Shown: one piece after another, positions 1-12,862 of the stretch
Position numbering within the stretch: position 1 is the first letter of the stretch
How the letters are laid out: the number at the start of each line of letters is the position of its first letter
Assembly (NCBI GenBank): GCA_964016885.1
Contig: OZ024740.1
Location: 232,128,001 to 232,192,000, forward strand
Origin: Eledone cirrhosa
Lineage: Eukaryota
DNA: 64,000 nucleotides
Direction: 5' to 3'
Notes under the pieces: model-generated
Database searches by the model: none
What the model saw: only the letters and a program-made list of their open reading frames with translations
Told to the model about the DNA's origin: nothing
Made by a program: the position numbers and the translations under genes

Positions 1-330
1 AACGACGAGGGCCAGCCTCGTTGCTAACACCTTGGCCAAATTCTTCAACTCTGTGTTGAGCAGAATTAAGGGCCTGCAATTTCTTATGTTATCTCCTTTG
101 TTCTCATCTGCTTACAGAACTGGGAATTCACCCGTTCTGCTGCCAGTCCCACTAGACCCGTTCGAGGACGTCAAAGAACAGATCTGGCATGTAAAACTCA
201 TAGGGTTAGACCATCCAAACCGGATGATTTGCGTTTCCTACAGTGGCCTAGGGCGTCTTCTATTTCGCCCATTGTGATCGGCCTTTTGGATCTCTCCGCA
301 GCCACGTTCGAGAGTCGCGAGCGGCCGTAA
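1..330 (-). mobile_element. Degenerate L1/Tx1-clade LINE ORF2 fragment (start of RT domain)
   Basis: Minus-strand translation PITMGEIEDALGHCRKRKSSGLDGL / YEFY ... NIRNCRPLILLNTELKNLAKVLATRL matches the KSPGxDG-YEFY and NWRPISLLNxDxKILAKxLAxRL motifs; frameshift and stops present; runs off the window edge. Confidence 0.85.
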
Positions 331-625
331 ATCCTAACGGCAAGCTTAAATATTTTAAAAACGGTTCTATCTTGGACGAAGGGTTTACATATTATTAAAT
401 GATATGTACACTCTACATCCTTTAGAGAACGAAGTACTAAGTTGAATAATGGTGTTACTAGTCTATAATTAGTAACATCTTCATCTATCTATCTATCTAT
501 CTGTCTACTTCTCTCGCACTTTCATTTCTCTCTTTATATATATGTATATATATACATTTATATACATATATATATATATACATAACACTCACACGCACAC
601 ACGCGCGCGCACGCACACACACACA

Positions 626-680
<55 letters not shown>

Positions 681-1137
681 ACACAGTCTAATGTCTATAT
701 ACTTGTATAAAGTATATCAGCACATTAAAACAGACTTTTGTAATAAGTCCCTGCCTTTTTCAGTATGCATGTGTTAGTGAACAATGACAAAATGCGGCGA
801 GAGTTATGAACATATGTCACTTCAACTTACCCCCAACAAACACCAAATATATTCATAATTAGATCCTGGGGAGACGAACGCGAAAGACAGAAGAGACTGC
901 TAAGTATTTTACTTTATTGTTGCTTAATGAGAGAACGGGAGTCCTTGATGTGCGGTACAGGGAGTGTGGAAGTTATATTTCTAGAAGAAAAAGCAATAAT
1001 TTATTACGACAGGTAAAACATTGCTATTCTAATCACAATGAAATAAAAGTCGCCAACACAAGCCCCTTTTACATATTCATTGTATTTGTAGAATAACATA
1101 TATATATATATATATATATACATGTGTACAGGCATAG

Positions 1138-1236
1138 ATCAGTCCCACTGAGGAGCACCTTGAACAAGTGGCGTCTACTATAGTCTCGGGTTAGCCAATA
1201 CTTTATGAGTGAAATTCAGTAGACAGAAACCCGTCG
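1138..1236 (+). mobile_element. Old SINE fragment (octopus-type)
   Basis: tcagtcccactg..gcaccttgaacaagtg..ctactatag..gtagacagaaacccgtcg resembles a SINE body I recall from octopus genomes; recognition from memory only. Confidence 0.55.
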
Positions 1237-1367
1237 ATAATATATATATATACATATTAATAATAATAAATTTGAAGACTAAAATCCAAAGAGGGCTCGA
1301 TAAGGATAAATATATATCAAATATATAAGAACCGTGGAGGAAATATTTATTAAAATAACAGATTAAA

Positions 1368-1482
<115 letters not shown>

Positions 1483-1517
1483 TTTATTAAAATAACAGAT
1501 TAAAGTTTAAGCAAAGA

Positions 1518-2035
1518 AAACAATACGGACATTATAATTAAGGAAGCGGACAAGGGAAGTACTGTTGTCATTATGGATGCTGAAAAATATAAAAATTCTA
1601 TGTTCTCTCTCTTACAAAATAGTAATTACTATGAAAGAGTAAAAAACTACCAGCAATCAAAACAATGACCAGATTAAACACACTGATTTGTCGATACCAG
1701 GAAGACTTAACTAAAAAGGAACGCGATTATTTAACACATTTTGAATACAAAACCAGCAACCTTTACGGACTTCTGAAGATCCATAAGTGTAAAATAATTA
1801 ACGATCCCTGTAAACAATCCACCTCAGCCTGCGTGAACACACAATACCCAACATACCTTAAATTAAGACCAATTGTAGCGGGCCCACAATGTGAAACATA
1901 CAGACTGAGCAACTTTATAGACATACTACTAAAACCAATTCTCAAACACATACCAAGCCTTGTAAGAGACGATCTGGACCTCTTAAACCACCTCCCCAAA
2001 CATGTCAACAACGACACTATTATTGTGTCTTTCGA
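1518..2035 (+). pseudogene. Penelope-like element reverse transcriptase, N-terminal fragment (Neptune-like)
   Basis: IIIKEADKGSTVVIMD ... (frameshift near 1660) ... LYGLLKIHK ... LRPIVAGPQCET ... DTIIVSFD: the DKG, LYGLPKIHK, RPIV and motif A signatures of PLE RTs; truncated at SFD. Confidence 0.9.
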
Positions 2036-2474
2036 TTCACTGAACCAGAACAATTCTCCCATCCCATTTCTCTTGACCATTATCTTTTGCTTGTCGTAAA
2101 ATATTCTAAAAAGGCTACATAATAGATTTCCAAATAAGGGCGCGTATTTAATGAAAACTTGTTCACGTGACAGCCATAATTTCATTTATAACCAATCAAA
2201 TTACGTTTATTTAAAAAAAGCCTTCGTGAGCCCCTTTTTTAAGTAAAAAGAAATTCAAACACTCATATATGGAAAACAACCTGAGCCCTCTCCCCTTGTT
2301 TGTGAGGAACTTTGTAACGCGAACTGGCGCGAAATTTATTATAATTATTGACCAACCAATGAAATTACTTCTCTAAAAACCTGACCTTTCGAGCCACTTT
2401 TTTTCCATATAAAACAAATAACATTCAAAGACCAACCAGATGTGAGAAAAACCACAGACCCTCCATCTCAACTC

Positions 2475-2514
2475 TACTTTTGAAAAGCAGAAGAACTGCG
2501 AAACCGGTAAAGGA
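2475..2514 (+). ncRNA. Minimal type I hammerhead ribozyme, U3-A8 core variant, in PLE 3' region
   Basis: ctt TTGAAAA gcag-aagaa-ctgc GAAA CCGG TA aag; palindromic stem III ACCGGT, GUA triplet; stem I short. Confidence 0.65.
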
Positions 2515-2639
2515 ACCAAATAAATATATATATTTTTTTTAATAAGACTCCAGTTACATTTTTGATTTCATCTTTTATTCTTTATACTTTCACTCGTAGG
2601 ACACCTCGGTTATTTTTCATTTTGTAAAAAAAACTTCAC

Positions 2640-2708
<69 letters not shown>

Positions 2709-2724
2709 CATATATATGTGTGTG

Positions 2725-2766
<42 letters not shown>

Positions 2767-2793
2767 TTAAGCAACTAAACATTTCTTTTTCGT

Positions 2794-2855
2794 AGGTACT
2801 TAGAGTTTCATGATGATAGCTGCTTTATCTCATGAGCATCATAATTCATCAGCCT
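2794..2855 (-). ncRNA. Type I hammerhead ribozyme motif
   Basis: Minus strand: agg CTGATGA attatgat..atcatcat GAAA CT-cta-AG TA cct; canonical core, 3-bp stem I. Confidence 0.65.
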
Positions 2856-3175
2856 TTATAAAATAATTTATGTGATACCGATGCCTTCTCTACGTCATGT
2901 GCTGAATCAATTCGGACCAGATTAAAAAAAAAAATTCCCGATCTAAGGGATGCAACTCATGGTGTGAACATTTTTTATAGCAAATGCTTTAGTCTGATGT
3001 AGCATCTGATTACGAAGAACAAAATTGTACTTGCTATCCAGCACATCTTTCTGATTGCTGAGTGGATATCGGTGATATATCAGCTACTAGTTAGGTCCAG
3101 GTGTGTGCTGCGTGTCTGGTTAGCTGAAATGCACACACGTTATTAAGATAGTCGTTAGGATATAAAGAGATATTG

Positions 3176-3356
3176 GTTTCTTATATAGGCACACAAGTCC
3201 AGCAATTTGGGAGGAGGGGAAAGTTGATTAAATCGACGACAGTGCATGCCTGGTACTTTATTCTATCGACCCCGTCAGGATGAAAGATCATAAAGGGCCG
3301 TAACTCTATGCTGCAAAGCATGGCGTCCGACCCTCTACCGATATTGCTAATCCACC
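3176..3356 (-). mobile_element. tRNA-derived SINE (longer-tail variant, internal deletion)
   Basis: Matches the window's SINE family; 12-bp TSD aaagagatattg at 3164-3175 and 3357-3368. Confidence 0.85.
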
Positions 3357-3535
3357 AAAGAGATATTGAATATTAGCCATCTCTCTGTGTTGCAAAACAC
3401 GCATCTTCGGTTAGCCTGCAGTTGATGCTGTACTCCGCAGTGGGTTCTTTCAGATTCAGTTTCCAGGCATAACATGAGAATTTTGTTGTTCCTTTTATTC
3501 GATACTACTAGGTGTTATATCTCCCCCCTCCTCTC

Positions 3536-3601
<66 letters not shown>

Positions 3602-3607
<6 letters not shown>

Positions 3608-3803
3608 AAGGAGCTTCTACAGGACTAGTACTGTTTCATTCAGATGAAATCTTCAGGAAGCTTCAAGAGCTTCCTGAAGATTTCATCTGAATGAAACAGT
3701 GCTAGTCCTGTAGAAGCTCCTTCTATAAAATAAAAAAATTTACTCTGCCATGTATTGAGTACCTTACTTACTGTGGTTATCCCCGACTCAACCCGGGACC
3801 TAC

Positions 3804-3804
<1 letters not shown>
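3602..3804. mobile_element. (TA)n-flanked foldback element carrying two divergent hammerheads (family A)
   Basis: 61-bp arms 3602-3662 and 3668-3728 with one mismatch and spacer tcaag; unique 3' tail to about 3804. Confidence 0.85.
3667..3719 (+). ncRNA. Type I hammerhead ribozyme (mirror copy at 3611-3662, minus strand)
   Basis: gagcttc CTGAAGA t-ttca-tc-tgaa-t GAAA CAG-tgctagtc-CTG TA gaagctc; perfect 7-bp stem I, 4-bp stem III. Confidence 0.8.
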
Positions 3805-3841
<37 letters not shown>

Positions 3842-3844
<3 letters not shown>

Positions 3845-4010
3845 AAAAAGTATGACCCCGACGGCAGAGCTCAAGCCGTTTCGACGGCTATTTCTGGACT
3901 GAAATAGCAGTCCAGAAATAGCCATTTCTTATTTCCCACTCTACTACCCTAAGTATTGAGTACTCTGGTCCGTTATGGTCCGTCTGGTTCCTTACCACAA
4001 TTCCTTTGTT
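3842..4010. mobile_element. Family B (TA)n-flanked element, internally deleted foldback
   Basis: Homologous to 10611-10808 and 19255-19441. Confidence 0.75.
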
Positions 4011-5027
4011 ATATATATATATATATATATATAAATGAAGTATTTCCGTAGGAAAGGTAAAGGAAAAGAGAGTGCTCTGTGTAGGCTACAGAGTTTTTTT
4101 AGTTATGTAATAAACAACACAAGATAATTATTTCATTTACCGGTGGTTTCTTCAAGACAGATACTTATGTCTGTCTTTTGGGAGGGTCATGCTGCCAATA
4201 TATAAAGTATGATATATCGAAGTTTCATTTCAAAAGGTTTTTATTGTGTTTCGATTGTTACTTATACTTCACAGGTGATTGTCACGAGATCCTGTCACGA
4301 GATACACCGGACTTCAGCATCGATCCACTCTTCTAATGTGAGGACTCAATCAAAATATTTGCATGTAACGTTTCACTTTAAACCTCCCGAGAAGATCGAT
4401 GCGGCATTGGGGTTTATTTCATCAATGAAGATATCGAAGCAATCACCTGTGACATATATATAATGACGTTTATCACTTGAATAAAAAAAAAAAAAAAAAG
4501 TATTAGAACTATGTTTACGATTCGAATGTATTGCTTTCGACCTTCAGATGTCTAATCAAGATATAGAGTTAATTGTTATTAAAGAGGTTGTCAAACCGAA
4601 ACTTCACTGTGTATATTTTCGCATCTCTTTACATAACGCTGTTTTGCTTTAATTTCGGAATATATTTGTTCTATATATAAATTTCTGCGATTCTGTCACG
4701 ACAGGTAAAGAGAGAGGAGTAGTTTGACTACCTCATACTACTCCCCCCTCTTTACGTTTGCTGCCTGCGTGAATGTAAGTGTGTGTAAAAGGAAGGAAGG
4801 GGATGGTGGAAAATTACAGCTGTCAACGGCGTGTATGTGTATTTGTGTCGATGTAAGCGTGTCTCTATTTGCACATTTTATTTTTTATACTCATACATAT
4901 ATATGTATGCATATGCACATACACACACGCACACACCGACATGTCAGCGTATGGAAAGAATTTCTAATTATAACATATTTCTCAATTTTTCGTCTTTAAT
5001 TTGGATCATCTCTTGAACATCTATATG

Positions 5028-5130
5028 AGGCATGGGCAAACTTTTTCGAGAAGCGGGCCGCATGAGATGTGACTCATCATCAGGAGCGTCGCAAACGATA
5101 ATTTACATTCGTGTCCGCATTAAAAAAAGG
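5028..5130 (+). mobile_element. Possible hAT/Charlie-type MITE end
   Basis: aggcatgggcaaact...gcgggccgcat resembles hAT-Charlie termini; second TIR not seen. Confidence 0.4.
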
Positions 5131-5149
5131 GTGGTAACTCAATTTGTTT

Positions 5150-5960
5150 TGATTTGTTTCTTCAGAATTCGTACAGGTTGATTTCCTCGTTCGTAAAAAT
5201 GATTCGTTGGAATATGCTGTTGATTATTGAGATTTCTTTCCTTAGTTTTTGTTTTAGTTTTCTGCTTTGGAAAAGGATTATCAGCTTTAGCTTACTTGTT
5301 TTAAATATATCTGGTACGCCCGGCATACTATCACCCTCAAATTTTGTTTAGATGTATCCAGTTCCTTTGCTTGTTTGATTCCGTCGTCATTAAACTCAAA
5401 GTATGCTTTTATTCTTTTTATTCTTTAACAAAATGTTTAACCTCATCGAGACAAATGTGTATTCGTTCTAGATCGATCCCTATGGGGCATAGTTGTCTTG
5501 TCCTGCAGTATGGGTTTTCTCTTTGCTGTGTGAAGGGCTGCATATATAAAGTTTCAAATATAGGTCTATGTCCATTTTTGTAAAATATGTCTATTTTATT
5601 TTTGATAGTTCTTTGTCACTCGTTTTGAATATAATGGATAGGTGGAGAGCATTTAAGATATTGTGAAATGTATCTAGTTGGCCTTTTTAGTTGTTAAAAA
5701 TAATAGAGACATCGAAAAAGCGTTTCCACTTGTTCTATAAACGTTTAGTCAAATATCGTTTCTACTTTCGTTGACGCATCCAATGACTAGCTTAGGCTAC
5801 ATTTTGCCCGTTGCCTTTTCTTTCGTTTGTTTATGTTTTCCATCAGAGTTAAGTGTGTTCTTTAATACTTAGATGTAGGACTTTAAAGAGGAAATCTGCT
5901 TTACAACGTTCATCTATTGTCTTTGTATTTCTATCCCGTACATGATTACATCTGTGGTTT
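5150..5960 (-). pseudogene. Highly degenerate PLE RT core/thumb fragment
   Basis: Minus-strand pieces NKWKRFFD, LDTFHNILNALHLSIIF, KIDIFYK correspond to WxRxxDD, FxxxLNxxHPxIxFT and TDxFYK of PLE RTs; many frameshifts. Confidence 0.6.
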
Positions 5961-6245
5961 CTTTCATGCTTTCATGTGGTGTAGCAGTGTAAAGATACAG
6001 TTATCTGCACACAACACACACACATACACACGCTCACACACACACACGAAGACACACACATACACACATACATACACACACACACACACATATATATGTG
6101 TGTGTGTGCGCAGGCGTGTTTGTGAGACATGCATAATAAGAGAAGGGTTACAGTTATGTAATTAGAACGTTATAATGGACACACACTCTACAGCCTAATA
6201 AATACATATTCATAATGAAAAATAAATTAGAAAATATACGCATTA

Positions 6246-6425
6246 TGGCAGTATCAGTAGAGGGTTGGACGCCATGCTTTGATGCATAGAGTTACGGCCC
6301 TTGCCATTCTGAGTTCAAATCCCGCCTAGGTTAACTTTGCCTTTCATCCTTACGGAGTCGATAAAATAAAGTACCAGTAATACACTGGGATAATTGCTGG
6401 CCTTGTGCCAAAAGTAGAAACAATT
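6246..6425 (+). mobile_element. tRNA-derived SINE
   Basis: A-box-like tggcagtatc.gt, B-box gagttcaaatcc, family 3' end gtagaaacaatt. Confidence 0.9.
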
Positions 6426-6524
6426 ATTGTTCCGAGAAGGAGCACTTCTGTACAAGTGGTGCTTATTTTCTCTAGGATTTATATTGAGGCTTATTTTATC
6501 CACACAACTATACACATAGACACA

Positions 6525-6745
6525 TGCCGACACTAGTTGGTCTAGTGAGGAGGGTAAGTGGAACCCCAGCAGTAGAAAGGGCGGATGAACTCCTGAGAAA
6601 CAACGGCCATCCAGCCCAAATATGGGTTAAATAGGCTCCTCAACAACCTGCATTTGGCCAAGCGTGGTGGGGATAACTATATCCCTGATAATGACCAAAA
6701 CTAAACTGAAAGCGGTGGAGGTCAACCAGAGAGCGGTTCCTTGAC
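6525..6745 (+). mobile_element. Old RTE-type LINE 5' region fragment
   Basis: Shares gtgaggaggg..aagggc..aac/atggccatcc blocks with 35185-35280 (minus) and 49940-49975. Confidence 0.4.
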
Positions 6746-6917
6746 ACAGAATCGTTAACACATTCACAGTGAAATATGCTAATTTTTCGCAGTTTCGTTT
6801 AACTTTTCCGAAAACTATGCAACGCATATTAAGTTTTCTGAAAGAGCCTCTGAAAACATATGTTTCTACATACGTACACATGTGTGTAAGTGTGTTTGTG
6901 TTTATATATAAAAAATA

Positions 6918-6952
<35 letters not shown>

Positions 6953-6958
6953 CGTGCT

Positions 6959-6989
<31 letters not shown>

Positions 6990-8426
6990 GCATGTATATA
7001 AGTATATATATATATGAAGAGTTGATAGTGTTTGTGTGTGTCTTTGGTGTGTGTGTTTGTGTGCATGTAAACCGTCTGAACAAACTAATTCATTTTAGTG
7101 AGATAGCATAAACCAACTTAATTTTCTTCCCTTCAGGAAACGCCACAGGGTATCAAAATGATTAAAATATATGAGAGGCATTTTTCCTAACAATCTAGGT
7201 TCTTATGATTGCATTATAATTATAATTGATGTTGCCAAGATCCGAACCTTCCGGCTAAGAGAAAGAGATGTGATAATCCTTCTTTGTAATCTGTCATTGT
7301 CTGAAATATATATATTAGGTCATTCTATATCAAAGAAGATGAAATAAAAATTGAATCACTGTTGTCTTTGAGCACTTCACAAATCGAAGGCATGTGCAGG
7401 TTTGTCTATAGATGATATTTTATTTTATTAAACGTCTACTACACTCAATGGCTACAGGAACAATTTATAATTCACTCCATGTGGAAAATATGTTTTTTAA
7501 AATCCCACTTCAATTATACATAAGAACATTAGCAAATGCCATCGACTTCTGGGAATAAAATATACAGTCGACTTATTCCAAATTCTAAATTTGAAAAGTA
7601 TCATACAGTCCGGCTAACTGTTTGGCTTCAACATGGTGGCTGAAACTGCTGAAACTGCTGAAACTGCTATAAATAAAAGCAAATCACCTCAATTCATACA
7701 CGAACGTCGGAAACATCGGAGTAAATACGCTTTATTAGATACATGATATATTTTTTAATATGATAATGGCAAAATTGCTCTGAAGAAAATGCCTCCTGGA
7801 AGGATGATAAAAACATAGGATAAAAAGTGACAATATACATTAACTAAGTTATACTATTCTGTTATGATTTGAGCGTTTACGGACTGTAACGTATTTGAGG
7901 TTCATATTTAGTTATAAGGATGAAACATAGAGCGGATAATAGCGAAGAGTTTATACGTCCTTGCTATGAGGAGAAAAATATAAAGAACGACATAGGCCCT
8001 TCTACGGACAAAGTTAGACACCCTCTCATTACTGGTGTAATCTGTTGTGCATTGGCAAATACACTGATTGTGTATGTGATTGCGAGTGAGCGTGTTGTGT
8101 GAGAGTTAGTGTGTGTAAGTTTATTTTAGTGATGAGTGTGTGTGTGCGTGTGTTATATAACATCGTTTATGTAAGTAGAATAGGGAGATGATATATAGAT
8201 ATTATAATGGTTTCTAACGGAAACACAAGACGAACAATTTTGGAAGAGTGGAAAGAGGGCTAAATTGATTCCACTATTAAACTATTATTTTATTTTAGCG
8301 ACACGGTAATGATAAAACACGAAGTTGAACTTAGGATTTGAAAACAATGTAAAAAGCCGGAAGAAATGACACAAATAATTTTTTCCGGCGTTCTGCCATT
8401 TGACCAAACTTGTGTAGAAGATATAA

Positions 8427-8610
8427 CTGTTTCTACTTTAGGCACAAGGCCAGCAATTACCCAGTACATTACTGGTACTTTATTTTATCGACCCCGTAAG
8501 GATGAAAGGCAAAGTTAACCTCGGCGGGATTTGAACTCAGAATGTAAAGGGACGTAACTATGCTAGAAAGCATGGCGTCCGACCCTCTACCGATACTGCC
8601 AATTCACCGC
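8427..8610 (-). mobile_element. tRNA-derived SINE, full length
   Basis: 18-bp TSD cttgtgtagaagatataa at 8409-8426 and 8611-8628. Confidence 0.95.
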
Positions 8611-9314
8611 CTTGTGTAGAAGATATAATGATAACAGACATGTAAGAATCTTTGAACCGTGAAAATACGGACATCGTGTGTCAAGTATAGTGTAGCGGGG
8701 AAGTGGGAAGGGTAAACATCAAGTTGTCAGGTGGCTTGTGACTGTATGTGTGTGTGTGTTGTTGTTGTTGTGAAACATTGGCGAAGGAGAGTGAGCGTGC
8801 TGTTGCTACTGTTTTTGTTGATGGTGTTGTTTTTTAGTTCAAGCTCAGCCCTGAACAAGAAGATCTATTAAAATAAAAGCATTCCATCTAGGATCATCCC
8901 GTCCATATCATATGTGCAAGGACCGCATTACACAAAGTGAACACATTGAAGGAAGTAGGGTTTGATGTCAAGGAGATTTGGCTGCTATTTTTGGTTTATG
9001 CGTGCGTGTGAAAACGAGAGAGAATGGTGAGTGTGTGTGTAAGTATTGGTGAGTGTTTGGGCATGGTGAATGAGAGAGTAAAACGATAGTCTTCGTGTAA
9101 TTGTATGTGTGGTGATGTAGTATGTGAGGATGTTTCGAGAGGGTGTGCGAATGTGCAACCGTAAGAAAGTGCATCGGTATGTGAGTGTAATGAAAGTGTA
9201 AGAGGAGAGGACGTATCGACAGTCGAACGACTTTCGTCAAATCGGACCGAGGAAACAATGTTTCCATGGGTCTTTCCAATTGCTAATACTATCTATCGTT
9301 CGCAACTCCAGGTA

Positions 9315-9435
9315 GAAGGAGCAACGTGAAATAAAGTGTCTTGCCCAAGGATATAACGCATCGCTCGGTCCGGGAATCGAAATCACAACCACACGATTGC
9401 GAATCCAATTCTAAGCACTCAGCCACACGCCTTCC
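9315..9435 (-). mobile_element. Second tRNA-derived SINE family, head region
   Basis: Minus strand reads ggcgtgtggctgagtgcttaga ... atttcgattcccgg (A/B-box-like), then tccttgggcaagacactttatttcacgttgctcc. Confidence 0.7.
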
Positions 9436-10249
9436 CAAAGAGGAAGTATAAGCGGCGATGAACAAGCGGAAGAGATATAAAGAGACGGACAGATTGATGA
9501 GGAGAGACAGACTGAGAGAGTCTAAGTTTAGAATAAAGAGAAAGAGTCAGGATGTGTGAGAATGAGACGGAGAAGACGTACGTGAGTGTGTAGGAAATGT
9601 GTCAATGTGACCATGTAATGAATGTTCGAATGACGGAGAGCGTGTACGAGCGTGTATGGACGTGTATGAGTGTATATGAACGTGTATGAGTGTGTATGAG
9701 CGTTTCTATGGGATGAGAAAGAGAGAATGCGTATGTGTGTGTATCTATATATGCTTAATGAGTCATAGATGCGGTATGCTGGATACAGAATTATTTTATC
9801 TATAGATCGTACTGGTTGGTATTAAGTAACCCTCAGGTTATTTATTGGTGCTGTATTGTCACACAAATGCTTAGAAGGTCAGCATGTAAATAAATGTAAA
9901 TACAAAATCTATACCATAAAAATACTTAAATATAAGCAAAAGTGTAGCTATGTAACCAAATGTAGATTAAAGTAATTTCTCTAACAATTAGACCTTCATG
10001 AGGTTTCTTTCTTAAGCCTTTAGCACTTATACTGGCCAAATGCGGACAGAATTCTCACACCTCTTTCTGTTCAAACCAGCCATACCAGCCACTGTACTAT
10101 GTTAAGGTATTGTTCTCAAAATAAATATTAAATCTCATAGATTCGATATTGTGTGAGATAATTATGTGAAATGAAGTGTTTACCATGAAAATACAATAGT
10201 AAATAAAGAGTAATGTAAAGGCTAATGGGTTAATGTGATACATATTTAT

Positions 10250-10590
10250 ACTGGGAACTTGGCTCACGAACTTAATACGTTCCTGAAGGCCGTTCGTCAT
10301 CCGAAATATTCGGAAACCGAAACTATATTTCCCGTACGAAATGTTGAAAGAGAAATACAGTGAGAGTGTGAGATTGTATATTAAAGACAGATAGATATCA
10401 TCATAGTGGCTAACTACACAACAACTGACGCTTTACCGCTAAAACTCCAAGGTTATTGCCAACTGTTGTTGCCGGCTTGCGGGTTTGTTAATCGAGACAC
10501 ATTCGTCAACCGAGACGTTTTATGTCCCTAAATATTTTTAGAGAACCAAATTGTTCGGGAAAATTGTTCATGAACAGAGGTTCCACTGTA
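10250..10590. mobile_element. Tigger/pogo-like non-autonomous DNA transposon
   Basis: Right end on minus strand TA+CAGTGGAACCTC; degenerate left end followed by cgaacttaat.cgttcc.gaag typical of Tigger-type MITEs. Confidence 0.55.
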
Positions 10591-10610
10591 ACATATATAT
10601 ATATATATAT

Positions 10611-10806
10611 AGGAACAAGTATGACCCCGACGGCAGAGCTGAAGCCGTTTCGACGGCTAATGCTGGACGAGTCCAGCATTAGCGGTCGAAACGGCTTGAG
10701 CTCTGCCGTCGGGGTCATATTTGTTCCTATTACCCACTCTACTACCCTTAGCATTGAGTACTTTGGTGCGTTATGGTCCACCTGGTTCCTTATCACATTT
10801 CCTTCG

Positions 10807-10808
<2 letters not shown>
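10611..10808. mobile_element. Family B foldback element with half-hammerhead
   Basis: Palindrome 10611-10728; GAAA CGGC-ttgagctct-GCCG TC ggggtc retains stem III and GUC but lacks CUGAnGA; (TA)n on both sides. Confidence 0.8.
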
Positions 10809-10887
<79 letters not shown>

Positions 10888-10889
10888 GA

Positions 10890-11274
10890 AGGTGAGTAAT
10901 ATTGTAGAACAATAAAACTATACATATATCAGATTAGTAGCAATCAACAGTTGGTAGAACTGGAATATATATGAAAGAAGAGATTAAGAGATGGTTAAAA
11001 AGTTCCATATATTTTATTATCCGCATTTCGAAAACAACATCATCCTGGGGCAAAAATTGTGTTCTCATCAGATAAAATAAGGTAACATGATATGAGGCCT
11101 AAAAACACTTGTCAACAGTAGACTTTGCACTTTCCTGTTGACAAGTGTTTTTAGGCCTCATATCATGTTACCTTATTTTATCTGATGAGAACACAATTTT
11201 TGCCCCAGGATGATGTTGTTTTCTAAATGCGGATAATAAAATGGAACTTTTTTAACCATCTTTTAATCTCTTCT

Positions 11275-11277
<3 letters not shown>
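10890..11277. mobile_element. Foldback HHR element (same pLTR family as 23860-26720)
   Basis: Arms ~10975-11118 and 11135-11276, 16-nt spacer; (TA)n flanks. Confidence 0.85.
11012..11077 (-). ncRNA. Minimal type I hammerhead ribozyme
   Basis: ttttat CTGATGA gaacac..gttgttttc GAAA T-gcgg-A TA ataaaa; the plus-strand twin (11176-11241) has GAAA>TAAA. Confidence 0.8.
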
Positions 11278-11313
<36 letters not shown>

Positions 11314-11689
11314 CTTCGCTCGCTCTCCCTTAAATTTTCTTCACTATCACTCTGCATAATCTTGTCTCTCTTTCTTTCTCCCTTTTTATCACCCTTTTTC
11401 TTTCTTCTTCTCTCTTTATCTTTCTCTTTTTTTATGTCTCCCTTTCACTATTCTTTCTCTTTCCCTTTCAATATTTTTCTCTCTCCCTTTTCTCTCTCCC
11501 TTTCACTACTTTCTTCCAACAGTTTAATTTAAATAAACCGTTGTTTTTTTCAATTTTTCTGACATTCATTTGCATATTTACTCATAACTCTGAATCACCC
11601 TCAATAAAATATTTTTTCCACTATCCAGCGAACCTCAACCGTTAAGGTTGTCATTATGCGGGTATGTCAATATTTATAAAACAAATTTG

Positions 11690-11755
11690 TATTTTATCTG
11701 ATGAAAGCGCACCAAAATTTGACTTGGTTGCCCTTGAAATAAATATAATAAAATA
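11690..11755 (+). ncRNA. Minimal type I hammerhead ribozyme
   Basis: tattttat CTGATGA aagcgcaccaa..ttggttgccctt GAAA T-aaat-A TA ataaaata; 8-bp stem I. Confidence 0.8.
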
Positions 11756-12104
11756 TTTATGGTTTTATAAATATAGTTTCCATTTATATTGAATATTTAC
11801 TCCAAAACTGTTGAGTGCTTTATATAAGTAATAAAAAAATGTTAAGCTTGTTGAATCCCAACAAATTAAATATAACCTCTGCATATATATATATATATAT
11901 ATATATATGAAGACACCAAAAAAAGACGATTATTAGGAAGAAAAATACATTTTTTTCTCTTTCTCTCTTTTTTCTGGGTTAGAAAATGAATAAAACGAAA
12001 TATTCTACTTTGTGTGAAGTGTTAAGGTATTAGTTGATTTATTTATTAATTAACAATGGCATTTATTTATTTATTTATATAATGCATTATCATATATATA
12101 TATA

Positions 12105-12505
12105 TGGAATAGAATGAAACGAAATTTCATTTCTCACTCTTATACGGCACTTACTTAAATGCAAGTATATAAGTATGTATACGTACATACATATATGTAT
12201 ACAGACGTACAGTAGTATGTATATATATACATACATGCACACATATATAAATGCACGTATCGGTTTACCGAACATTTATTATAATACTCGTTTGTTTGTA
12301 AACAAACAAACTGCCCGAATTACGCTGTACAGTGTTTAGGCAACCACGGGCTGTTTGTTTGTTTACAAACAAACACACCGAGCATTATAACAAATGTTCG
12401 GTAAACCGATACGTGCATATATATATATGTGCATGTATGTATATATATACATACTACTGTACGTCTGTATACATATATGTATGTACGTATACATATATAC
12501 ATACT

Positions 12506-12510
<5 letters not shown>
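12105..12510. mobile_element. Foldback of the 3' part of the 426-nt unit family (no HHR retained)
   Basis: Inverted arms ~12160-12316 and 12348-12510; homologous to 14680-14889. Confidence 0.8.
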
Positions 12511-12549
<39 letters not shown>

Positions 12550-12599
12550 TGTGTGTGTGTGTAGGTCTGCGAGTGTGTGTGTAGAGTTTGAATATTGAT

Positions 12600-12743
12600 T
12601 TTTCTTGTCTGATGGTCCGACTAAGGTGAAACAATTGTTCTCGGATATGGTGAATTAGCTATTGTGGAACTACTTCTATCAAACTCGTCCCATGGACTGT
12701 GAGCTATACTACTACGGATATAACCCACCAGTGTGCTACTATT
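12600..12743 (+). mobile_element. Family C element with degenerate HHR
   Basis: CTGATGG t-cc-gactaa-gg-t GAAA CAATTG TT; tail homologous to 35600-35726 and 15080-15180. Confidence 0.6.
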
Positions 12744-12763
12744 ATACATATATACATAGATAC

Positions 12764-12769
<6 letters not shown>

Positions 12770-12846
<77 letters not shown>
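12770..12846. repeat. (CA)n microsatellite (others: 15950-16100, 27601-27700, 28790-28870, 47720-47815; (CT)n at 15186-15261, 37870-37958)
   Basis: Direct reading. Confidence 0.95.

Positions 12847-12862
<16 letters not shown>

Noticed and set aside
4360-4566. Two weak minus-strand HHR-like motifs (TTGATGA..GAAA; TTGATTA..GAAA)
   Set aside because: The 3-8 pair is not Watson-Crick and stem I is not convincing; may be relics but not supportable
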